Below are positions 51,130-61,029 of a stretch of 64,000 nt of DNA, in pieces. Source of the DNA: Mobula hypostoma (lineage: Eukaryota); NCBI RefSeq assembly GCF_963921235.1, contig NC_086108.1, positions 71,798,001 to 71,862,000 of the forward strand, given 5' to 3'. Within the stretch, counting starts at the first letter, position 1, and every line of letters begins with the position of its first letter. The notes under the pieces are model-generated. The model was not told the DNA's origin, did not search any database, and saw only the letters and a list, made by a program, of their open reading frames with translations. The translations under genes and the position numbers were made by a program.

Positions 51130-52640
51130 GAAGCAAGAGTTTAAAGATACTAGTGAATACTCCAGACAGTTGATTAGCCAGCTCATTACTCAGCCAGGTA
51201 CCCCTTCTGGGCCAAATGCTTTCTGTGGGTTCATCCTGTTGAATAAAGCTCTCATGTAGCCCTCAGAGACAAAAACCTCAGGATGGGTGGGTGCTGTGGG
51301 AGTTCATGAAGATGCTTCCATATTTGTCAGTCAAAGCAAGCACTGAGCTCATCTAAGAGTGAAATCTTATTGGCATATGTGGCTTGGTTTTATTTTGTAG
51401 GGGGTGATAGCATTCAAGCCCTGACATAGCTGTCGAGTATACTTATGTAATTCATATTTGGTTCAGAATTGCCACTTGGCATGCGAGATGTCCTTCTGGA
51501 GGACATACCTGGGCTCATGTACTTTACTTGGTTGCCAGACCTGAACACCACTAATCTGGCCCTCAGCAAATTGTGGATCTATTTGTTCTTCCAGGGCTTC
51601 TAGTTGGGGAAGACTCTGAGTGATTTTGAGAGGACACTCATCAATGACTGTTTATATGAAGACCCTGACACTGTGGCATATTCATTCAGATCCTCTGATG
51701 AGTCCTTGAACATGGCCTAGTCTACTGACTCAAAGCAATCTATAGCCACGGTTCTGCCTCCTGCAACCACTTCTTTGTTGTCCTTACCTCTGGATCCTTG
51801 CTCTTCAGCTCCTGTCTTTATGCAGGTAGGAGGAAGACGGCCAGATGATCAAACTTCCCGAAATGCAATCTAAGGACGGAACCTTAGGCATTTCTTATGG
51901 TGGTATGGTAGTGATCAAGTGTGTTTTGGACCAATGATATGTTGATGATAATTGGGCAGATTTCTTCAAGCAAATTTGATTGAAGTCCCCACAATGGTTT
52001 GAAAGGTGTTGGGGTAGGCTGTTACTTGTTTACTAATCCGGCACTCAATATATTGAGTGCTTGCTTAAATCATCCTTTGGTGGTATGTAAACTGCAGCCA
52101 GAATCACAGAGGAGAACTCTCTCAGTAAGTAGAATGGATGACACTTTATCAGTAGATGTTCCAGCTTGGGAGAACAAAAGTGAAACAATATCACTAGTCT
52201 GAGCACCATGAACAGTTTACAATGAAACACAGACCCCTACCTTTTGTCCTCTTTAAATTAGCGGTTCCATTCATTTGGTGGATTGTGAACCCCTTGGGTC
52301 TGACCCTTGTCTGCAACTGGCTTGTTCAGGGTGAGCCATGTCTCCATAAAACATAGAATTTAGCAGTCCCCCATTTCCCTCTGATGCAGCAATCTTGCCC
52401 TTACATCGTCAGTCTTGTTCTCCAGTGACTGTACATTTGCTAACAAGATACTAGGTAGAGGAAGTTTTACATCCTGATGTTTTAGTCTGGCTTGTAGTCC
52501 TCCTTGCTGACCCCTCTTCCAGCCATTGTGATGGATGTTCGTTCGCTTAAAGGTACCGTACCAGCATTCCTGACAGTCAAGTCTGCTGTCAAAAGATTGA
52601 GACATCACAAGTTTGTTTAGACAGTTCAAAAGCACGTTAC
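51130..52640 (-). mobile_element. Rex1/Babar-like LINE 5' region (APE endonuclease), decayed
   Basis: LPSILLANVQSLENK (52360..52635) and PFYLLREFSSVILAAVYIPP (52045..52230). Confidence 0.8.
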
Positions 52641-53132
52641 CTAAAGGGTGGTTACAGGCTGCAGATTGCTGTAATAGTCATCTAGGAGTACTATATGGTG
52701 GGACATACAGCTAGGGTGCCTAAGATTTTTGCACAGTACTGTATTTGTCAACATGGAGTGGAGAGTAAGTCTGTAAATCTGGTGGGAGCAAAGAATATTG
52801 GGAATGGTGATGGTGGAATGCTGCAGGAAGAGTGTGGGACAGGTGGCAGAGAAGGGGTGCAAGGGGTGGGGTTGGCGTGGGTGCAGCCACACTCAGCCTT
52901 GAGACACCAGAAAAAATAATTTGATCTCAAACAATTGGTTTACTGATCATTACAGAATGTCTGTATGGTGCTTACTGCTTCCTTCCCCCAACCATGAGTC
53001 TCCTCTCCCCGCCCCCTTCCCACTCTTAGTTCACAGTAAAGATCCTTATCAAAATCAGGTTTATCATCACTCACATATGTCATGAAATTTGTTTTTTTTG
53101 GCAGCAATACAGTACAATACATAAAGTTACTA

Positions 53133-53199
53133 CAGTACTGTACAAAAGTCTTAGTCACCCTGGCAATATACGTCTGCCTAAGACTTTTGCACAGCAGTT
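53133..53199. mobile_element. Tiny Tc1-like MITE hairpin; a lone right TIR of the same family lies at 52713-52743
   Basis: TA-CAGTACTGTACAAAAGTCTTAG...CTAAGACTTTTGCACAGCA. The related sequence gggtgcctaagatttttgcacagtactg-ta is at 52713-52743. Confidence 0.65.
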
Positions 53200-53309
53200 T
53201 ATATTCAGAAGTTTTGTCAGCTGCCTGCAAAATATCGCCATATATTGCCAGTGCGATTTTGATCCAATTTTGCATCTAACCGACTAGCTCACCCCAGGAT
53301 CCCAAGTGA

Positions 53310-53817
53310 TCAGGAAGGATGTGGAAACCATAGAAAGAGTGCAGAGGAGATTTACAAGGACGTTGCCTGGATTGGGGAGCATGCCTTATGAAAACAGGTT
53401 GAGTGGACTCGGCCTTTTCTCCTTGGAGCGAAGGAGGATGAGAGGTGACCTGATAGAGGTGTATAAGATGATGAGAGGCATTGATCGTGCGGATAGTCAG
53501 AGGCTTTTTCCCAGGGCTGAAGTAGTTGCCACAGGAAGACACAGGTTTAATGTGCTGGGGAGTAGGTACAGAGGAGATGCCAGGGGTAAGTTTTTTATTC
53601 AGAGAGTAGTGAGTGTGTGGAACGGGCTGCCGGCAACAGTGGTGGAGGTGGATATGATAGGGTCTTTTAAGAGACTTTTAGATAGGCACATGGAGCTTAG
53701 TAAAATAGAGGGCTATAGGTAAGCCTAGTAATTTCTAAGGTAAGGACATGTTCGGCACAACTTAGTGGGCCGAAGGGCCCGTATTGTGCTGTAGGTTTTC
53801 TATGTTTCTATGTTTCT
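53310..53817 (+). mobile_element. Young 5'-truncated CR1 3' end
   Basis: ORF 53306..53722 and a (TTTCTATG)n tail. Confidence 0.92.
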
Positions 53818-54585
53818 GTCTCACTTTCCAGACCAGTCTATCATATTAGGCACATCAGCCTGTAGTTTCCTGATTTGTCCTTGTAGTCCTTCTTAAATAA
53901 AGGCCCAGTATTAGACAATTTCCAGTCTTACGTTATCTCACCTGCATCTAAGGAGGATACGAAAATGTTTGCCTGGATCCTTGTTCTCTGCTGTGTTGTA
54001 AGATACATTTGGATAGGTCCTGGGGATTTATCCAATATGCATGTTAAGACTGCCAACACCTCCTTTCATAATATCAATGTGTTTCAGGATGTCACTATTT
54101 TATTGTCTGAATTCTATACAGATGAGGAGTATTCACTTCAAACCTTCCCTGTCTCCAATAGCTCCAGATGTAGACAATGACTCTGATCTTTAAGGACATC
54201 TTGTCTCTCTGTAGTTACCCTGTTGCTCTTAAAATAGATACAGAATCTCTCACATTCTCTTTTGTCTTATCTACCAAAGATATGTCATGTTCACTTATTG
54301 TCCTTCCTGATTTCCTTAGGTGTATTCCACACCTATAATGTTCCTTGCTTAATCCCAGATACACAAGCCTGACATGTGCTCCTCTTAATCCTGACTAGTG
54401 CCTCAATGTTCCACATCAACCAGGTTTCTTGAATTCTGCCTGCCTTACCCTTCACTCTAACAGGAACTTGTTCCCCTGAATATTCCCTATGGCACTTTGA
54501 AAAGCCTCTAACTTGCCAAAGGTCCCTTTATCTACAAGCAGTCTCTCCCAAGCAGTTCCTGTCAAATACTATTAAAATTATAATA

Positions 54586-56428
54586 GTGGAAGTGAGCGAG
54601 GCCCTCAATGAATACTTCTCTTCGGTATTCACCAATGAGAGGGAACTTGATGACGGTGAGGACAATATGAGTGAGGTTGATGTTCTGGAGCATGTTAATA
54701 TTAAGGGAGAGGAGGTGTTGGAGTTATTAAAATACATTAGGACGGATAAGTCCCCGGGTCCTGACGGAGTATTCCCCAGGCTGCTCCACAAGTCGAAGGA
54801 AGAGATTGCTGAGCCTCTGGCTGGGATCTTTATGTCCACGTTGTCCACGGGAATGGTACCGGAGGATTGGAGGGAGGTGAATGTTGACCCCTTGTTCAAA
54901 AAAGTTAGTAGGGATAGTCCGGGTAATTATAGACCAGTGAGCCTTATGTCTGTGGTGGGAAAGCTGTTGGAAAAGATTCTCAGAGATAGGATCTATAGGC
55001 ATTTAGAGAAACATGGTTGATCAGGAACAGTCAGCATGGCTTTGTGAAGGGCAGATCGTGTCTAACAAGCCTGATAGAGTTCTTTGAGGAGGTGACCAGG
55101 CATATAGATGAGGGTAGTGCAGTGGATGTGATCTATACGGATTTCAGTAAGGCATTTGACAAGGTTCCACATGGTAGGCTTATTCAGAAAGTCAGAAGGC
55201 ATGGGATCCAGGGATGTTTGGCCAGGTGGATTCAGAATTGGCTTGCTTGCAGAAGGCAGAGGGTCATGGTGGAGGGAGTACATTCAGATTGGAGGATTGT
55301 GACTAGTGGTGTCCCACAAGGATCTGTTCTGGGACCTCTACTTTTTGTGATTTTTATTAACGACCTGAATGAGGGTAGGAGGGTGGGTTGGTAAGTTTGC
55401 AGACGACACAAATATTGGTGGTGTTGTAGATAGTGTAGAGGATTGTCAAAGATTGCAGAGAGACATTGATAGGATGCAGAAGTGGGCTGAGAAGTGGCAG
55501 ATGGAGTTCAACCCGGAGAAGTGTGAGGTGGTACACTTTAGAAGGATGAACTCCAAGGCAGAGTACAAAGTAAATGGCAGGATACTTGGTAGTGTGGAGG
55601 AGCAGAGGGATCTGGGGGTACCTGTCCACAGATCCCTGAAAGTTGCCTCACAGGTGGATAGGGTAGTTAAGAAAGCTTATGGGGTGTTAGCTTTCATAAG
55701 ACAAGGGATAGAGTTTAAGAGTTGTGATGTAATGATGCAGCTCTATAAAACTCTGGTTAGGCCACACTTGGAGTACTGTGTCCAGTTCTGGTTGCCTCAC
55801 TATAAGAAGGATGTGGAAGCATTGGAAAGGGTACAGAGGAGATTTACCAGGATGCTGCCTGGTTTAGAGAGTATGCATTATGATCAGAGATTATGATACA
55901 TGGATGGGAGGTGTATGGAGGGATATGGTCTGTGTGCAGGTCAGTGGGACTAGGCAGAAAATGGTTCAGCACAGCCAAGAAGGGCCAAAAGGCCTGTTTC
56001 TGTGCTGTAGTTTCTATGGTTTCTATGGTTTCTATTAAGGGAGCTAGGGCTTTACTCTTTGGAGAGAAGGAGGATGAGAGGAGACATGATAGAGGTGTAC
56101 AAGATAATAAGAGGAATAGATAGAGTGGATAGGCAGTGCCTCTTCCCCAGGGCACCACAAGAGGACATGGCTTTAAGGTAAGGGGTGGGAAGTTCAAGGG
56201 GGATATTAGAGGAAGGTTTTTTACTCAGAGAGTGGTTGGTGCGTGGAATGTACTGCCTGAGTCAGTGGTGGAGGCAGATACACTAGTGAAGTTTAAGAGA
56301 CTACTAGACAGGCATATGGAGGAATTTAAGGTGGGGGCTTATATGGGAGGCAGGGTTTGAGGGTCAGCACTACATTGTAGGCCAAAGGGCCTGTACTGTG
56401 CTGTACTATTCTATGTTCTATGTTCAAT
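54586..56428 (+). mobile_element. 5'-truncated CR1 LINE with a small CR1 3' end inserted at about 55894-56034
   Basis: ORFs 54586..55020, 55017..55394, 55369..55896 and 56136..56360. Tail (TTCTATG)n. The inner insert ends in (TTTCTATGG)n. Confidence 0.93.
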
Positions 56429-56898
56429 GTTTATCCTTGCCCCAAAGTCAGGACTTTAACTTGTGGGGCTGTTCTATCCCTTTCCATAACTATGTTAAAT
56501 CTAATAGAATTATGGTTACTGTTCTCAAAGTGACCCCTCCCCCACTGATACCAAATCCACTTACCCACTATCATTACCCTGGAGAGGGCCTAATGTTGCC
56601 CCAATCTCTGGCAGGGCCATCTACATTTTGCTTGAGAATGCTTTCCTGGATATGCTTAACAATTTCCGGCCCATCTAATGCCTTATCACTATTTCAGTAC
56701 CAGCCAGTATCAGGGAAGTAAAATTACTTACCAAACTCAGACATCCCACCTCTCCCGGAAGTTCCGGGATTCTCCCACATATCGATAGTGGCTCCCTGAC
56801 GCCGGGAAATTATATACAATATCCTGGAAATACATTTTTTTGAGGGGGAGAGAGGGAGAGGGAGAGCGAGCATTCTGATTGGTCTCTCTTCGTGCTAA

Positions 56899-58097
56899 GA
56901 GTGGTCCCCAACCACTGGGCTGCGAGGAATCAATATGATTTGGCGATATGAAACGATACGAGTCACCTGCACCTTTTCTCGTTCCCTGTCACGCACTGTT
57001 GAATTTTAACGCAGGTGAGGTCATCAGTGACCCGAGACGTACAAAGGAATGGGTCCGTGACCCGTTTGTGAATGTCCCTGGTGAATCATCCATGTCAGCA
57101 CGGAAAAAAAGATCAACTCTTCGAGCTTGCAAATGATGGCGGGCTGAAAAGTATGTTTGACATAACATCTCTGCCGGCATTCCGGATCAAAGTCAAGGCT
57201 GAATATCCTGAGATAGCCACGAAAGCACTGAAAACGTTGCTTCCGTTTCCAACATATTTCTGCGAAGTGGAGTTTTCTGCAATGAATGCAACGAAAACTA
57301 AATTGCGGAATAGACTGGACATAAGGAACCCCCTTCGAGTATCGCTGTCTCCCGTCACCCCTCGATAGGACCGTCTTGTTGCAGGAAAACAAGCCCAGGG
57401 CTCCCACTGATTCAGCGATATTGGTGTGTTGCAATGATTTTATATGTTCATACAAGGAAAATATGCACTGTGCGTTTAATATCCAAACGTTACTTAAAAT
57501 GTTATGATGCTATTGACTTATAAGTGACTTATAATTCAGTGGTCCCCAACTTCTGGGCCGTGAAGAATACAGCAGTGTTCGGAACGCACCCAATACATCT
57601 TTAAGAAAAAAGCCGAAGTAAGCAAGCTAATGAATTAGGTGCCGCCCGGCACGTAAATGTCAGCCCAGATCAGAGGCGATTGCCGATTGCGTCACCTCTG
57701 ATCTGAGCCGACATTTACATGCTGGGCGGCACCTAATCAATTAGCTTGTTTATTTTGGTTTTTTTCTTAAAGGTGTGCTGGGTGTATTCTGGCTACCGCT
57801 GTATTCTCCGCTGATTGGTATCGGTTCACTGCCCGGAGGTTGGGGACCATTGTTATAATTGACTTATCACTACATTCATGCGAGGAAAATATGCGCTGTG
57901 TGTTTAATATTAAATTGGTTAGATAAACCCTTTTAGAAACAAAATTGAGTGTATTAGCCACTTACAAGTGACTTATCAGCTATATTCTGGTCGCGTTTAA
58001 CACCCACCACCCCACCCCCCCTCCCCAGTCAGCTGGTCCACAAGAATATTGTCAATATTAAACGGGTCCGCGGTGCAAAAAATGTTGGGGACCTCTG
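56899..58097 (+). mobile_element. hAT Charlie/Buster-type deletion derivative with a transposase C-terminal remnant
   Basis: Ends gAGTGGTCCCCAACC and GTTGGGGACCTCTG. 57020-57410 encodes WVRDPF...EYPEIATKALKTLLPFPTYFCEVEFS...KTKLRNRLD...KQAQGSH* (hAT dimerisation region) with a frameshift and a stop. Confidence 0.88.
57537..57852. mobile_element. 316-bp palindromic hAT MITE with an 8-bp TSD
   Basis: TIRs CAGTGGTCCCCAAC and GTTGGGGACCATTG. TSD TTATAATT at 57529-57536 and 57853-57860. A long internal inverted repeat is centred near 57685. Confidence 0.92.
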
Positions 58098-59739
58098 ATT
58101 TAAGCTAGCTGGCTAGCTGCCAAGGAGCTATGCTATTGATGTCAAATGATGCGTGATGAGGCCAAACTCCCTGTAGACTTGCTTAAAGTTGTAATAGAAT
58201 AAACATGATAAAATAATACAAGTACATATTTTAATGTCACATTTGCTGCATATATCCAACTTGGTTTACAGATTAGACAAAATCACTAAACAAAGTATTA
58301 CATACACCCTTGGAGGTCGATGCGGGGCGGGGGGGGGCGGAAAGTGATATGGGGTTGTGGGGGGTGGGGGTGCTACCTCCCTGAAATGAGTTTTTGCAAG
58401 GTGGGATGTCTGCAAACTACTCTTTCATTCTCCCTGATTCCTGCTGTCTATTGAGGGCCTATAGTGTAAGTTTAGTACAAAATGATCATCCCTTCTTTAT
58501 TCCTAAATTCTGTTCTGCCCATATAGCCTCACTGGATGTTCTCCCAGAAATATCCTCTTTACGTACTGCCATGAGGTTTTCCCTAGTATAAAAACCCTCC
58601 TCTCCTCTCTTAACCCCACCTCTTTCATTCCTGTAGTATAATTCAGAACACTGAGTTGCCAGTCTTGCGTATCCTTCGAGCACTTTTCTGTCATATATAT
58701 AATATCACACCCTTTTACCTGGTAGTCACCCAACTACCCGCTACTTGTATCTTTGGTGTGTCTACTTCACGATATCTCCTCTCCAGGATTCCTTCAGCAT
58801 CACAGAATCCCCATAATGAAATGAACATAATTGGCACCGGACTGGAAAGTGCATCATTTTACATTTTGGATGGGTTTTAGATTGAAACCAGGGCCGAAGC
58901 ACTTATGCTTAAATGAGGTTAAAATAACTGGTCAGAAATTTATAATTTCTTGAAAAATTGAAGAGAAATTAATCAATTGACCATGTTTCCTTGTAATGAA
59001 GTTCAGCATTTTTTTGAAAGCTGAGCTGTGGCTGTTTTCTCAACAACAGTAATGCTTTAGTTTCTCACTACTGATGTGTGATTAATTTAAGCTGAGATGC
59101 TAAACCAGTCATACTGAAAGGAACAGGTTATGTTTCATTCCTCTTGATTGTTACAATGCCTCGTGCTACGCTTCCCTGCACTGGTCTGAAGCCAAAAGAC
59201 ATTTTAACTTATCAATCTATCCAAGTAGAAATGCAGAAACATTTTCCTAATAAGTGACTGGAAAAGTGCTTTATTGTATCAAAACAGATATTACCCCTCT
59301 CACGGCTTCAACTACTTCATGTTTAAACTCCGGGATTATTTATATAAAATATTCTGTCTCTGCACCTCACTCTCCTGTTTTAAGATGCCCCCTAAAACCT
59401 GTATCTCTTTGTCTGCCCTTGCATAAAATTTTGCAAACATGAAGTGCTCTGGAGAGTTTCCTTAATTAAAAGCACTATATAAATGTAAATTATGATTGAA
59501 TGCAGTTGGATTAAAGAGGAACGATAAAAGGAATTTGCCCTTTGGCTGCATGTGACTTTGGCGCACCTGTTCAAGATTATAACTTTCAGTCCAGGTCACC
59601 ACACCCTATGAGGGTTATTTTAATGCTGAAGGAAGTAAAATTACCATTGAGTGCAGAGTATTATGTGGCCAGCAGAGTGACACAACAAGAGCTGGTGCCT
59701 CACAACTTTGTGAACTTGGTTTGATTCTAACCCCCATTA

Positions 59740-60046
59740 TTTAAGGCATCCGTTAGTCTTACGAGACCATAGATCTATGCCTGGAAAGTCTTCACTCTCC
59801 AGGGCGCAGGCCTGGGAAAGGTTATATGGAAGACCAGCACTTGCCCATGCTGCAAGTCTCCCCTCTCCACGACACTAATGTTATCCAAGGGAAGGGCAAG
59901 GGCAGGTACAGCTTGACACCAGTGTCGTCACAGAGCACTGTGTGGTTAAGTGCCTTGCTCAAGGACACAACACGCTGCTTTGTCTGTGGCTCAAACTGAT
60001 GACCTTCAGGTCGCTAGTCCAATGCCTTAACCACTTGGCCACGTGC
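59740..60046 (-). mobile_element. tRNA-derived CORE-type SINE
   Basis: Minus head gcacgtggccaagtggttaaggcattggac (A box), then the CORE-like gttgtgtccttgagcaaggcacttaacc. Confidence 0.75.
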
Positions 60047-60049
60047 TTG

Positions 60050-60290
60050 GTGGAATTCATCCTGTGATGTGTGGGTTTCCTCCAGGCTCTTTGGATTCAT
60101 CCCATCTTCCAAAGACATGCAATTGGCCACTGTAAGCATCTCCCAGTGTGCAGGTGAGTAGTGGAATCTGGGAGAGGTGATGGGAATGGTGGGGAACAAA
60201 ATGGGATGGGTGAAAATGGGTGGTTAATGGTTGGCACAGAATTGGTGTGCCAAAGGACCTATTTCCATGCTGTGTGGCTTTATGATAACA
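60050..60290 (+). mobile_element. V-SINE (HE1-like) with CR1-type tail
   Basis: gtgggtttcctccagg...cccatcttccaaagacatgc V domain and the 3' end ccaaaggacctatttccatgctgt. Confidence 0.7.
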
Positions 60291-60344
60291 TTCCTTCCAC
60301 ATAACCTTTAAGGATCCCCCTGTCACTCTGACAGTAAGGACCCA

Positions 60345-60490
60345 ACAGAGGGTCCTGACGATGGGGCTCAGCTTAAAATTTTGGCTGATTATTCCTCTCC
60401 ATAGTTGTTGCCTGACCTGCTGAGGTGCTCTAGCATTTTGTGTGTGTTCCTCTGGATTTCCAGCATCTGCAGAATCTCTTGTGTTTCTTT
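60345..60490 (+). repeat. Penelope-derived terminal arm with degenerate hammerhead motif
   Basis: gggtcctgacgatggggctcagcttaaaattttggctg...gcctgacctgctgaggtgctctagcattttgtgtgtg...ttccagcatctgcagaatctcttgtg. Confidence 0.7.
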
Positions 60491-61029
60491 TCCAACAGAG
60501 GTAAGTGCGCAATGGGATTCAAGCAGAAGGAGTGACACCAGGAGTTCTCAACATTAATTCCAAGTCCCAAGAATTTGACCAGCAGCAGTTCAGACCAGTG
60601 GAGAGAGGCTCCTGCAGATTACCACTTCTCACTTACTACCAGCTGCTGAGTCAGTGCTCTTCTATATTTTACACCATTTGGTTTGAACTTCCCAAAACCA
60701 CAGAATGTGATTTGCATCAGCATTCAGTGTTCATCACCAAGAGTGGATTGGCATCTTTGCAATAGACTGAGCAGGTCAAGTGTGGAAAGGTGAAGCTACC
60801 AGACAGGGTCGGCACCATACAGATGGTATTTGCTGTTAACTCGGCTTTAATTGACAAGACATTCTTGTTCCATCTTGTAGTTAATTTTGCCTTTTTTTTT
60901 ATCTTGTCATTAGAACAGATCTCTAACAAATAACAGATTAAATTGAACATTTTGGTATTTAGTTTCTTAAACTGCAAGCAGAAGAAGGGATTACTGTATG
61001 TCTGAGTTTATGACCAAAAGTTTATCTAC

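Larger units (their letters stand above)
56738..58412. mobile_element. Non-autonomous DNA transposon with 14-bp TIRs and a 6-bp TSD (probably hAT superfamily)
   Basis: CAGACATCCCACCT at 56738-56751 and AGGTGGGATGTCTG at 58399-58412 are perfect inverted repeats. CAAACT flanks both sides (56732-56737 and 58413-58418). Confidence 0.85.
53820..58800 (-). mobile_element. Old host CR1 in pieces at about 53820-54580, 56430-56737 and 58413-58800
   Basis: Degenerate reverse-strand APE and RT remnants resume after each insertion. Confidence 0.6.

Noticed and set aside
57072..57410. Domesticated ZBED5/SCAND3/FAM200-like gene
   Set aside because: Only a short C-terminal remnant with a frameshift and an internal stop, lying between transposon TIRs.
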